NCBI GenBank assembly: GCA_038861545.1
Contig: JAWCCZ010000001.1
Location: 448,001-512,000 of the forward strand
Source: Thermofilaceae archaeon
GTDB lineage: Archaea > Thermoproteota > Thermoprotei > Thermofilales > Thermofilaceae
Reading direction: 5' to 3'
DNA length: 64,000 nt
Part shown: positions 29,917 to 39,805 of the stretch, one piece after another
Numbering within the stretch: position 1 is the stretch's first letter
Layout: each line of letters opens with the position of its first letter
The notes under the pieces: generated by a model
Database searches by the model: none
What the model was told of the DNA's origin: nothing
What the model saw: the letters and a program-made list of their open reading frames with translations, nothing else
Made by a program: the position numbers and the translations under genes

Positions 29917-31229
29917 ACTTTACCTACAAACACTACGTTTTCAGCTCTTATAATGGGCGTGTAGACACCATAAACTGTGCGTTTCGATTCCCTGCTGAGA
30001 CCACTAATATTCCTGATTAAATCATAAAGGTTGCACGATATCATGCATTCACCTACTGCATACTTTTTCTCACTGTTTTCAATATAGAAAGCCTGCTTAG
30101 CTGCGCCGGAGATTACACCGTCCTGGAATCGAATCATACCGGAGAAGCGGCTTACGAATAACCCTTGTTTCACCCCGCTTACCATCTCCTCTAAGCTCAT
30201 GTCACCTGCTTGTACAATGGTGTTTGAAGGAGCTACTGAGAGCAGATCGGCAGCGTTGCCAGTCGGCTGCATGCCTAAAAGCCTAGCTGTGAACGTGTTA
30301 TTAATATAAGTTTTAAGAATCCCATGCTCAACAACCGTTTTCCTTACTGTTGGGGATCCTTCGCCGTCAAAGCTTGAGGATCTTAAACCACCCGGTAATG
30401 TGCCATCATCTACTACGGTTAACAGTTCTGATGAAACCTGCCTGTTTAACTTACCTGCTAACGGGCTGCTGCCGCTCCAAACATTGTATCCGCTATATGC
30501 TTGGGCTAAAGAAAGGAAGAGTTCTGCTGCAAAATCTCGATCGAGTAGTAGCGTGCCTTTGAACGCCGGAACCGGTTTCAAGTGAAGCGATTCCAAGGCC
30601 TTAGAGGCAGCTTCTCGAGCTATCTGGTCTATATCCACGTCAAAGGAGTGTGATGCATCGGATGTAAAGGAGAAGCTGCCGACGATTCCGGCTTCCCTGG
30701 CCACGGCACCGGCTTCCGCACCGAACATTGTAGCTTTCTGGGACCCATACGTACCAGTAGTAGAAAACATCTCAGTTTCAGCAGTAGCGGCTTCGATGCC
30801 AGCACTCATAAGGGATACTTTGTTGCTCACCTCATGAGCAGTATCCAGTAAACGCTTAGCCATTTCTACAATTTCCTCAGGTCCAAGAAACTCAATGTGG
30901 TGGTCGAACAGGCCATCAATAACTGGTAAAGGTTTCGGCTCCGGAAGGGACTTCCAGTTCTCATTCGGTTTTACGACTAAAGCCAGTTTATACGCTCTTT
31001 CTGCACACTTCATAGCTGAGTCTCTGTCCACCTCGTTAACTGTTGCCGCAGCGATCTTCTGATCCTTGATAACGGTGATCGATAGACGCTCCACTACAGC
31101 TGATGATACCCTAGCTATTTCATCGCTTTCTATCTCTGCACGGTAAACCCTAGCCTTACTTAAAGTCACGAAAGCCTCATCGGCTCCAAGCTTCAAAGCA
31201 TATTTCGCAACTTCCTCTACAAGACTCAT
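29913..31229 (-). CDS. pmbA: PmbA/TldE-family protein
   Basis: DDGTLPGG..S..FDGEG, TGNA; lacks HExxxH; coupled to tldD. Confidence 0.88.
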   Translation of the reverse strand: MSLVEEVAKYALKLGADEAFVTLSKARVYRAEIESDEIARVSSAVVERLSITVIKDQKIAAATVNEVDRDSAMKCAERAYKLALVVKPNENWKSLPEPKPLPVIDGLFDHHIEFLGPEEIVEMAKRLLDTAHEVSNKVSLMSAGIEAATAETEMFSTTGTYGSQKATMFGAEAGAVAREAGIVGSFSFTSDASHSFDVDIDQIAREAASKALESLHLKPVPAFKGTLLLDRDFAAELFLSLAQAYSGYNVWSGSSPLAGKLNRQVSSELLTVVDDGTLPGGLRSSSFDGEGSPTVRKTVVEHGILKTYINNTFTARLLGMQPTGNAADLLSVAPSNTIVQAGDMSLEEMVSGVKQGLFVSRFSGMIRFQDGVISGAAKQAFYIENSEKKYAVGECMISCNLYDLIRNISGLSRESKRTVYGVYTPIIRAENVVFVGKV

Positions 31230-32611
31230 TGAGCACCCCCCACTATAATTTTACACCTAATATGTGGTCCCCCGCCGTCTACTGGGACTGTTTGACCCTT
31301 GCCGCAAGTACCTGGAAAGCCGATCTTGAAATCGCAACCCACTGCATCCACGCTGCCTAGAACTTCGAGCGCATTACCTGACACAGCAACACCCCTATAC
31401 GCTTCAGCAAGTTCACCTTTCTCGATACTCCACGCTTCTTGGATCGCGAACATGAATTCACCATTAGCGTCTGCCTGTCCGCCTAGAGCGCCTTTTAGGT
31501 AGTACCCTTCCTTAGTTTCAGCAATTATTTCTTCTGGTTTCCAGTCGCCCGGCTCCATGTACGTGTTTCTCATCCTAACTATCGGCGCGAAGCTGTAATC
31601 CTGAGCCCTCGCGTTGCCAGTGGGCTTAGCACCCACTTCAGCCGCGGTTTCTCTAGTATGCATATAGCCTTTCAAGACGCCTTTCTCAACGATTACAGCT
31701 TTTCTCCCCTCTACGCCTTCATCATCGTAAGGAGTCCACCCGTAGGCGTGTTCTGGACCAGGGTCATCGACTATCGTCACCAGTTCAGACGCCACTCGCT
31801 GCCCCAGCTTTCCAGAGAGCACATCCCCCGAGAGGACTAAATCAGCCTCTGCGCAATGCCCGAAAGCCTCGTGTACAATTAAAGCTAAGAGTTTATTGTC
31901 CAAGACAGCTACCGCCAACCCGCCCCTAGGCACTTTAGCTTTAAGAAGCCGCACGGCTCTTTCAGCAGCGCTTTCAACTGCCTTATATGGTTCCTCGCTA
32001 CGCATTAACTCGAAACCTGTAACACCCCCTACGGCTTCGTAAGCAGGCGATAGAATATTGTTTTCCGATGCGACCACGTAAGCCCCAAACCTTACTCGAG
32101 TTTTCTCAACGATAACCTCTCCTCCCTCACTGCTCACAAAAACTCTTCTATCCAGTGTATCCCCATAGAATATCTGTGAATCTTTTATTGTAAGGCTACG
32201 TGATCTCATCAGCTTCTCAAGCTCTAAAACAAGCTTAGCTTTCTCGCCTGGATCAACATCAGCTGGGTTTTCTGTAATTTTAGCTCTTAAGTTAACCCTG
32301 CAGATAGGGGTTTCTGCAAGTCTAGCTTTCCTTCTCCTAGCACCTAACGAAGTTTTCGCCATTTTAAACGCGTTGGTAACGGCTTTCCTTAATTCAGCCT
32401 CCTTTACGATTTCTGTTGAAGAAAAACCCCAAGCTCCTTCGATGAGAACCCTTATCCCTACTCCTTTTCTTCTAGAAATTGATGCTCCCTCCACATTACC
32501 ATTCCTTACAGAAATACTTGAAACATCCAATTCTTGTAAACGTACATCAGCATAAGATGCGCCCATACTGCATACCTCTTCAATTATTTTATGTAAAAGG
32601 TCCACGTCCAT
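31226..32611 (-). CDS. tldD: TldD-family metalloprotease
   Basis: HEAFGH.AEAD, YDDEG, TGNARA, RMRNT, CGKGQ.VPV..GGP. Start taken as ATG 32611. Confidence 0.93.
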   Translation of the reverse strand: MDVDLLHKIIEEVCSMGASYADVRLQELDVSSISVRNGNVEGASISRRKGVGIRVLIEGAWGFSSTEIVKEAELRKAVTNAFKMAKTSLGARRRKARLAETPICRVNLRAKITENPADVDPGEKAKLVLELEKLMRSRSLTIKDSQIFYGDTLDRRVFVSSEGGEVIVEKTRVRFGAYVVASENNILSPAYEAVGGVTGFELMRSEEPYKAVESAAERAVRLLKAKVPRGGLAVAVLDNKLLALIVHEAFGHCAEADLVLSGDVLSGKLGQRVASELVTIVDDPGPEHAYGWTPYDDEGVEGRKAVIVEKGVLKGYMHTRETAAEVGAKPTGNARAQDYSFAPIVRMRNTYMEPGDWKPEEIIAETKEGYYLKGALGGQADANGEFMFAIQEAWSIEKGELAEAYRGVAVSGNALEVLGSVDAVGCDFKIGFPGTCGKGQTVPVDGGGPHIRCKIIVGGAQ

Positions 32612-32839
32612 GATGTAAAGTTCATCGATATTCATTTAAACTTTTTGAATTTTTTAACATATAATAAAACTTACACTCCAAATTAACCAGTATAAGTATA
32701 CTTACCAGCACAGCAATGAATGGGGTTAAATGTGTTCTTAAGACATGTCGCAGCCATAGTTACAAGCTAGTTTTTCCATTTAAAAACAGTTAAATGGTAG
32801 ATCCCGTGTCAAATTAGATGAAAACCAAGGTGTCAAAGT

Positions 32840-33373
32840 GTGAATGAAGACTCTGGTAACCTGGTGGATTGTATTGAGAGAATAAAGGAGTTATTAGCGC
32901 GGTTTGAGGAAGCTAGGTTTTCGCAAAAGTCAATGGCTGCGACAAAGCTAGCTAGGAAATTAGCTAGTCCTAAGTCGCATGGCGGTGATGCTCGTATTGG
33001 GCTGAGAGTGCACAACATTTGGGGTGATCCCTACACGGTTTGCAGTTCACAAGAGGTGTGGACTCCGCTCCCACTAGCTTATAACTTTGAGGGTACATGG
33101 ATCTATGGGGTAGCCGACCTAGTTCGGTTCAGAAGCAGTAAACCAGTAGAGGTCGTGGAGTTGAAGTACTTTGCAGAGTCCGATAAGTACTCAGAGATTC
33201 AAGTAAAAGTGTACGCTTGGCTTATATCTAAATGCTTTGGGTGTAAGCCTAAGGCTTACTTACTGCTAGGGTGGGACGGCTTAAATTACAAGAGGAAACT
33301 GAAGGTAGAGTATAAGATTCACGATATTGAAAAGAATATTCGTAAAGTTTTGATAAATAACATTCATCTTTAA
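32840..33373 (+). CDS. Stand-alone PD-(D/E)XK (RecB/Cas4-like) nuclease
   Basis: G..VH, G.ADL, VVELK and Q...YA motifs. Confidence 0.72.
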   Translation: MNEDSGNLVDCIERIKELLARFEEARFSQKSMAATKLARKLASPKSHGGDARIGLRVHNIWGDPYTVCSSQEVWTPLPLAYNFEGTWIYGVADLVRFRSSKPVEVVELKYFAESDKYSEIQVKVYAWLISKCFGCKPKAYLLLGWDGLNYKRKLKVEYKIHDIEKNIRKVLINNIHL

Positions 33374-33403
33374 AAGAATAACAAATAAATCAATAAAATA
33401 ACT

Positions 33404-35911
33404 TTAACGGTTAGCTTTCTGTATCCGAATTTCTTTCCTAACAGGCATAGCGTTGTGAGCACCTGCTACCACTACTAGAAAGTCCCCTGGCTTCTTTACT
33501 CTTAAAGTGACCTTTCTCTTCTCACCGGGTAACATATCAAAGTAGTTATCATCAGCTACTGCTATGTAATCGTTAAGGACATCTATGTACACAAGTCGAG
33601 CGAAGCCGTTAGCTTGGATCTCAACATCTATGATTACATCATCTCCTTCTCGCCTAATGTCCCTTACTTCCACCCCTAATGATACCTGTGTAAAGTTTAC
33701 ATCCCTATGCTTCGCCAACAGTAAAGTATTCCTGGAAAAGCCCCCGTCATACTCGAGTTTAAAATGTAGAACTTGTTTAACTGGTTCTTTTATAAGTGCG
33801 AAGGAAGTATACTTGGCCACGACCACTGAAGAGTTGGGAGGAGCTAACACTTCTTTTCTTTCCTCGCTTATAACCTTGCCCTCAGTTGTATCTATCATAG
33901 TAACTGTAAGCGTACCCTTAACAGCTCTCAGTTCATCGTTTACAATCCATACTTCTATTTCATTGTTTCTTTTCAGCGGTGAAACTATTACTGGGGCCAT
34001 AGCCCTTTTAACAGCGTAGTAGCCCATTTTCGGCCTTCCATAGTAATCCACTGTTTCCCAGCATGCGTTTGGCCACGGAGCGTTAAAGCTCCAGTATAGG
34101 GCACCTCCACAGATGAATTTCCTCCGCCTACAGTGCTCAATCGCTATCCGCAGCGCCTCTGCTTGAACCAATTGAGTTAGGAATATGTAGCTGAAAAGCC
34201 ATCTCGGCTCACCGAAGTCCCTGAGATAGGGTAGCAGTTTATCGGGCACGTGGTAGTGGTAAGTCCAGAGGTCGTTAATAGGCCACAGTTTATCAGGTGG
34301 TAGGAATCTTCTAAGTGTATTAACATGAGGGGCTGCTTGCATCCCGAACTCACTCATAAACCTAGATTCATCCTGCAGGTAACTCTCAATCGGCGCCATA
34401 CCGTGCCAAACGAACCAGTTGTGAGCGTCGCCTGTAACAGAGTCCATTGGACCGTTATCCCCCCATGGGCTTGAAGGTCTATAGGGCCTAGATGGATCAA
34501 GCTTTTTCACAATCCGTGGAGCGACTTCAAAGTCCTTTTTATGCCTGTAAACTCCATAACCACTCGTCATCTCAAGGGCTTCATCCTCGTTATTCCCACA
34601 CCAAAGCATAATTGAGGGGTGATTTCTCAACCTTCTAACTGTAGCTTCTAACTCTTTTTCCACCAACCCAAGAAACTCATCATCTTCAGGGTAATGGCCG
34701 CAAGCAAACTGGAAATCGTGCCAAAGCATTATGCCAAGCTCATCACACAATTCATAGAACTCATCGTACTCAACTAAACCGCCGCCCCAAACCCTTAACA
34801 TATTATGATTCCCTTCAACAGCTAACTTCAAAAGCTCTGCATATCTTTCCTTGCTTAACCTAGAGATTAGCAAGTCTGCAGGGATCCAGTTAGCTCCCTT
34901 ACAGAACACAGGGATTCCATTAACCTTAAAGTAGAACACTCTTCCATTCGGAGCTTCTTTCGACTCCGTAACAAGCTCTACAGTCCTAACACCGAACCTG
35001 AACTTCTGTTCATCCTCAACTTCACCACCTATTCGTAACTCAACACGTGCATCGTACAAGTTTTGCGGCCCGTAACCAACCGGCCACCACAATCTTGGTT
35101 TATCAACTTTTACACGGAACTTATGGTCATTTAAGCCCTTGCTTAACCTAACTGGCGCGGAATACAAAATCCTCGAACCATTGCATACAGCTTCGAATTG
35201 TAACTCTGCCTCGAAATTATCTAAGGATTCAATTTCAACCCAAACCTCTAGCTCGGCCCATTCGTTGCTCACCTGCTTAGTCCAAGTAAAAACATCCCTA
35301 AGTACGGCTTTATCATAGGTCTCTAACCGCACTCCTCTCCATATGCCGACTGTTAACAACTTTACAGCCCAATCCCATCCGTAGTGGTACTGGGCTTTCC
35401 TAGCGTAAACACGAGCATAACTACCGTTCCAGACCAGCGTTTTCTCGCTAAAATCTCCAGCTCTTCTCAGGGTCTCGTACCATGGTGCTCCAAGCCTTAC
35501 AGCTATAGTGTTCCATGTGCCATATTCCAGTTTGTCTGTAACGTCTAAGCGAAGGGGGAGGAACATATCCTCTGACTCAGCAACACGAGTTCCGTTCAAC
35601 CATACAGTGGCGAATGTATCTAATCCCTCGAAAATTAACTCTACTTTTCTCCCTTTGAAATCCTCCGGTACAAAAAAGCGTTTACGGTACCACCAGTCTA
35701 CACACTCAACCCAGTCTCTCTTATCACAGTTATCAGCATAGAAGGGATCCTGGATTAAACCTCTTTCAAGTAAAACCTCGTGTACTTCTCCTGGTACACG
35801 GGCTTCAAACCACCAGGAGTCATCATAATCCTTGGTGAACTGTCCCTCTGGACGGCCGAACTCAAACCACTGCAATCTCCAACTTCCATTTAGACTAATA
35901 GTTTTTCTCAT
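33404..35911 (-). CDS. GH2 beta-mannosidase-like glycoside hydrolase
   Basis: FEGLDT, RKAQYHYGWDW, KGANWIP, NMLRVWGGG, WCGNNE, FMSEFG motifs. Confidence 0.92.
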   Translation of the reverse strand: MRKTISLNGSWRLQWFEFGRPEGQFTKDYDDSWWFEARVPGEVHEVLLERGLIQDPFYADNCDKRDWVECVDWWYRKRFFVPEDFKGRKVELIFEGLDTFATVWLNGTRVAESEDMFLPLRLDVTDKLEYGTWNTIAVRLGAPWYETLRRAGDFSEKTLVWNGSYARVYARKAQYHYGWDWAVKLLTVGIWRGVRLETYDKAVLRDVFTWTKQVSNEWAELEVWVEIESLDNFEAELQFEAVCNGSRILYSAPVRLSKGLNDHKFRVKVDKPRLWWPVGYGPQNLYDARVELRIGGEVEDEQKFRFGVRTVELVTESKEAPNGRVFYFKVNGIPVFCKGANWIPADLLISRLSKERYAELLKLAVEGNHNMLRVWGGGLVEYDEFYELCDELGIMLWHDFQFACGHYPEDDEFLGLVEKELEATVRRLRNHPSIMLWCGNNEDEALEMTSGYGVYRHKKDFEVAPRIVKKLDPSRPYRPSSPWGDNGPMDSVTGDAHNWFVWHGMAPIESYLQDESRFMSEFGMQAAPHVNTLRRFLPPDKLWPINDLWTYHYHVPDKLLPYLRDFGEPRWLFSYIFLTQLVQAEALRIAIEHCRRRKFICGGALYWSFNAPWPNACWETVDYYGRPKMGYYAVKRAMAPVIVSPLKRNNEIEVWIVNDELRAVKGTLTVTMIDTTEGKVISEERKEVLAPPNSSVVVAKYTSFALIKEPVKQVLHFKLEYDGGFSRNTLLLAKHRDVNFTQVSLGVEVRDIRREGDDVIIDVEIQANGFARLVYIDVLNDYIAVADDNYFDMLPGEKRKVTLRVKKPGDFLVVVAGAHNAMPVRKEIRIQKANR

Positions 35912-36031
35912 ACTTCAACACGTAAGGGGCTTAAATACTTGTTAAAAACCATTGCTCAGCTTCATGTAAGACTGTAAGCTTTCATAGAATTTATAACCCT
36001 TAAATTAGGGGTAAAATTATTATTTTAAAAA

Positions 36032-36403
36032 TTACATCGGTGCAGATAGAGTTTTTACAAGCTCATTAACTGTTTTCTCCCCCTCTTTTGTCAACGTTAC
36101 ACAGATTCTAGAAGGGGTGGAGAAAACTCGCGCTAACCCAACTTCTTCGAGGTCTCTTAAGAGCTCTAAAGCATACCGAGTATTCAAGCTAACTTTATTT
36201 GAAATACGAGTTATTGAAGCAGCTTTCCCCAGTTCATACAAGGCTAAAAGGGCTTCCAAATGCCTTACTCCGAGTCGTTTCCCATCAGTGTCCTCCTCGT
36301 TCACTAAGGGAATTTTTATCCTGTGTAGAGCGTTAAACACAGAAACAAGACAGCGAGCCTCTCTATAACCTCTGAGTAGTTCTTCACATGATTTTTCAAG
36401 CAT
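36032..36403 (-). CDS. Small winged-helix protein, type B (paralog of 29509-29916)
   Basis: ALLAL, LN.R..L.L..L..GL, TP.R..V.LT..G shared with 29509-29916. Confidence 0.78.
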   Translation of the reverse strand: MLEKSCEELLRGYREARCLVSVFNALHRIKIPLVNEEDTDGKRLGVRHLEALLALYELGKAASITRISNKVSLNTRYALELLRDLEEVGLARVFSTPSRICVTLTKEGEKTVNELVKTLSAPM

Positions 36404-36569
36404 TATGTAGGAACAATCACCAGCAATAAAAGCTTTATGTAGAAGAATTTTTAGTTTTTCCCGGTTATTTTATCAGTTTCAATATTATCATACCTTATAA
36501 TTAAAAAATCATTTGAATAGCAATAGTTTAAATCTAAAGGTTTCCATTATAAGTTTTAAATAGTAAAAT

Positions 36570-36801
36570 TGAGATTACTTATTTTTTCGGTTAATATTTA
36601 TGAACAATTGATTGAGGAAGAGTTGAGTATACTTAGAATCTTAACTCTCAGCTGAGTATCAGAGGAATTTAAGATAGCTTTAAAACCTCTTAACCGGGAA
36701 GCGAGGAGACATAATATGACTACCCCTTGTTCTGAACCTACATACTCTATAACTTTTCTCGCAGCCATTACTCCTCTATCTATTTCTCTGTTTTGAGCCA
36801 T
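36570..36801 (-). pseudogene. Possible decayed HxlR-like wHTH regulator
   Basis: The 67-aa ORF begins like HxlR (AARKVIEYVG...VILCLLA...GF..I); other frames downstream read ILS*ELR and LTEK. Confidence 0.3.
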
Positions 36802-36867
36802 ACTCTGGTATATAATAATCTATACCCATTTTATATAAAGTTTACCGCTCTGATTGAGGCATGGAAA

Positions 36868-37176
36868 CTAGTTCATTAACCGGTTAGTCTCCCGTATCGA
36901 GGCTTCTAGATCCTTAGCCATTTTTTCAAGTTGTTTTGCAACATTGTAACCTAGATCAGTTAAGTAGAGCAATCGCGCTTTCCCAGTAGGCACTTCACCA
37001 ATTAAATTCCATGTCTTAAGTTTTTCAACTATTTCATTAAGTTTTCCGGAATCCGGTTCTATTCTACGGAAGTGTGACAGTAATAGTGCTCCAGACTTTG
37101 TCCATAGAAGAGCCAATAGGATTGCTATTTCTCTCCATCCTAGTTCAAAGCTCCTTTCACCAGCTTTTATTCGCAC
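36868..37176 (-). CDS. Small winged-helix protein, type A (paralog of 29194-29508)
   Basis: GWRE at residues 13-16 as in its paralog; KL...NLI...LYLTDLG. Confidence 0.78.
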   Translation of the reverse strand: MRIKAGERSFELGWREIAILLALLWTKSGALLLSHFRRIEPDSGKLNEIVEKLKTWNLIGEVPTGKARLLYLTDLGYNVAKQLEKMAKDLEASIRETNRLMN

Positions 37177-37360
37177 TTTACATCACTTTCTTCCGGAAGA
37201 GTGAAACTCAAATAGTTGATAGTTTAGAATGAGGCGAACCCGGCAATTTTCCCTGTGGTTACTTTCCCCCTTTTCAGAGAGGACTACCATGGTTTGCCAT
37301 TCCCCTACTTTGAATTTATTGGACATATTACACCAAGCAATACTGATCTACATCGAAAAA

Positions 37361-37383
37361 AGATAAATATTTATCTAGATAAA
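37361..37383. promoter_or_regulatory. Nested palindromes over the promoter of the pilus-associated operon (candidate operator)
   Basis: AGATAAATATTTATCT (37361-37376) and TTTATCTAGATAAA (37370-37383) are both perfect palindromes, preceded by CGAAAAA and lying 23-45 nt before ATG 37406. Confidence 0.5.
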
Positions 37384-37405
37384 GCGTAACTGTATACCGA
37401 ATATT

Positions 37406-38929
37406 ATGAGAGGCCCTCTAAACGTTAAAATGCTGTGTTTTAGTTTCTTAGTGAATGGTTTTCTATTCTTATCTCTCTTAACACCTTTAGCTTATACTCA
37501 GATAATACAGAAAGAGGCTTTAGTGAAGATAGATTTAGTCTGGCTTAAGGTCGGCGTAACCATACCCCAAGAACTCGTTGCAACAAGAGAATACACGTTA
37601 CCGATCACTGTAAGAATAACTGAAGTTGAGGGAGACCTTAAGGTTTTCTACTTGAAAGGTATACGCTTTCTATTGGATAATAGCCTACTTGAATACGTCC
37701 CTGATACCCCAGTGCTGTTAAGAGTTGGGGAAACACAAACCCTCTCCGTGAAGATTACTCCAAAGTTTTTTGCGCAACAAATGGCGCCTGGGGACATAAG
37801 GGATTCAAGCCTACGTATCGATATTTCCTATTACTCGGAGGTTACCCCGAAAGCTGGTCAAACAATTGCAAACTCAGGCTACTACTCTGTTTTCGCTAGT
37901 ATTCCCGTGACGGTTTTAGCTCCTATGACGTACGTTCACGTGCAACCTAGCCTTAGCGAAAGCTATGAACCATACGTTATAACCTTCAATGTAAAAGTAT
38001 GGGTGGGAGGGGAAGGCTTTATTGAAAATGCTAAAGTCGAGGTCACGGGTGCACCAGTTCAATGCTACTTACTAACTACAGGTAAGATACATGCTGGTGA
38101 ATCGAAGGTCATAAGTACGCTTATGAACGTCTCTGAGCTGGGTCTTTTCGCTAAAACGAAATACAGTGCAGAAGTGAAAGTTTCAGCGACTACGCCTTGG
38201 GGCTATATTTACAGTTACAGCTACCCGGTAACGATTGAGGTAAGGCCGATAAGGAAAGCACAGGTAACGGCTCCCTCGTTGGCGGTTGCTAACTCGCTTA
38301 CACCGGTAACTGTAACTTTAGTTCCACCTCAGGAGAGCGGAGAAAGCGTTACTGCCACAGTTTATTGGAACAAGCAGTTAGTATACTCTGGATCCTACAG
38401 CTCGACTCTATACGTGTCTTTGCCTGAAGGCGAAGGAGAGCTCATCGTTCGAGTAGACTCTAACAAGTATACCCCAGCCACTGCTAGCACCAAGCTGACG
38501 ACAGTAGCTGCGCAGCCAAAGGTCAGCGCGTGGGTAACTGGTTCCACACTTCAGTTCCAAGCGGCACCCCTGTACTCCGGTGCAGTGGTAGAGGTAAGAA
38601 TAACCGATAGCACTGGTAGCGTAGTTGCGTCCAATGTTTACCCCGCCGAAACTCTTCCAAAGAGAACAACTGATGTCAATGGGGCGACAGCTATAGGGGT
38701 TTCCGGTAATTACCCATTAGATCTTAAACCGGGCTCCTACACAATAACTGTTAGTTACACTTCTAGGATGGGGTCAGCTACATCGCCCTCCATAATTTAT
38801 GAGGTAGCCTCCCCCTCTTCTCCATTGTCTATCCTTGAGCTGTTAACTACGCAACCTCTTCTGCTTATAGGATTAATAGCTGCTGTTGTTATTGTCATTG
38901 TAGTGATAGCGATTAGAAGGCGCGGATAA
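37406..38929 (+). CDS. Secreted, C-terminally anchored surface protein (pilus-locus associated)
   Basis: N-terminal signal peptide, beta/Thr/Val-rich Ig-like body, C-terminal TM followed by RRRG; its stop overlaps the next start. Confidence 0.75.
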   Translation: MRGPLNVKMLCFSFLVNGFLFLSLLTPLAYTQIIQKEALVKIDLVWLKVGVTIPQELVATREYTLPITVRITEVEGDLKVFYLKGIRFLLDNSLLEYVPDTPVLLRVGETQTLSVKITPKFFAQQMAPGDIRDSSLRIDISYYSEVTPKAGQTIANSGYYSVFASIPVTVLAPMTYVHVQPSLSESYEPYVITFNVKVWVGGEGFIENAKVEVTGAPVQCYLLTTGKIHAGESKVISTLMNVSELGLFAKTKYSAEVKVSATTPWGYIYSYSYPVTIEVRPIRKAQVTAPSLAVANSLTPVTVTLVPPQESGESVTATVYWNKQLVYSGSYSSTLYVSLPEGEGELIVRVDSNKYTPATASTKLTTVAAQPKVSAWVTGSTLQFQAAPLYSGAVVEVRITDSTGSVVASNVYPAETLPKRTTDVNGATAIGVSGNYPLDLKPGSYTITVSYTSRMGSATSPSIIYEVASPSSPLSILELLTTQPLLLIGLIAAVVIVIVVIAIRRRG

Positions 38930-39801
38930 TGAGGCTCATGTCTCTACACTGTGGAACTCTGGATAGGGTATTTTTCAAACTTTATGGGAGGCTTCCTGAA
39001 ATAAAAGCCAAGGAAGGTATATCTACAGTCATAGCAACTGTAATCATAACCGGTATAATGTTAACGGTAGTAACCGTTGCGCTGTACTATTCCACCTCAC
39101 TCATAGACATGAACAAACAGTTTATGGAGTATGAAAACGTTAAAGGGTTGCTCACCTATGCTGCTACAGCCTTAGAACAGGTGTCATTCGGAACCGGCGG
39201 TTCAAGGTACGTTAGATTCAGCCTTACAAGCACCCGTATTAACTTTGAAACACGCTCTGAAACGCTAAGGGTAAAGATAAATAATGTAGAGGTTAGCGAA
39301 GCGGTATTCAAACCGGGTAGAATAGTAGCCTGTGGAGGAGCTCTTGTTACAACTGTACCACGCCTACTCTACCCGGAGAACTCAACCTACGGGGCTCTGG
39401 AGCACGCACTGGAAAAGCTCATTGTAGGCCCGGGAGAGAGCACTGTAATCGTTTACGAGAACTTCACAAAGGGTGCCTGCGCCTTTATGGAAACCTACAG
39501 GGTAAGGGTTATCTACAACGGCAACATCACTGTAAAGGAGGAGGGAGTAAATAGAAATTACAACTTCTACACTGTCCACGTACTCAAGCTTGGCTTTAAA
39601 ACAGTCGGCGGCTCAGGGACAATTCCAGTGGTTTTCAGAAACATTAGAGAAACAGTGATCGAGAGGAGGACGTCCAGCCAGGTTAGCTTAACCGTTGAGC
39701 TAGGGCCTAAGTATTGTACTACAAGGCTACCGGGCAAAGAAGACGCTGACGGCTCAATCGTCATAGTTAAGATAACCGAGATAGAGGTAAGCACAGCGTG
39801 A
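38929..39801 (+). CDS. Type IV pilin-like protein (minor pilin)
   Basis: Class III-like site KAKEG|ISTVIATVII followed by a hydrophobic helix; true start may be downstream. Confidence 0.75.
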   Translation: MRLMSLHCGTLDRVFFKLYGRLPEIKAKEGISTVIATVIITGIMLTVVTVALYYSTSLIDMNKQFMEYENVKGLLTYAATALEQVSFGTGGSRYVRFSLTSTRINFETRSETLRVKINNVEVSEAVFKPGRIVACGGALVTTVPRLLYPENSTYGALEHALEKLIVGPGESTVIVYENFTKGACAFMETYRVRVIYNGNITVKEEGVNRNYNFYTVHVLKLGFKTVGGSGTIPVVFRNIRETVIERRTSSQVSLTVELGPKYCTTRLPGKEDADGSIVIVKITEIEVSTA

Positions 39802-39805
39802 AACT

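Noticed and set aside
32840-33373. CRISPR-Cas locus
   Set aside because: No other cas gene and no regularly spaced direct repeats seen anywhere in the window
29194-37176. Integrated mobile element bounded by the inverted wHTH pairs
   Set aside because: No integrase or transposase, no att repeats noticed, and the cargo (tldD/pmbA, GH2) looks chromosomal
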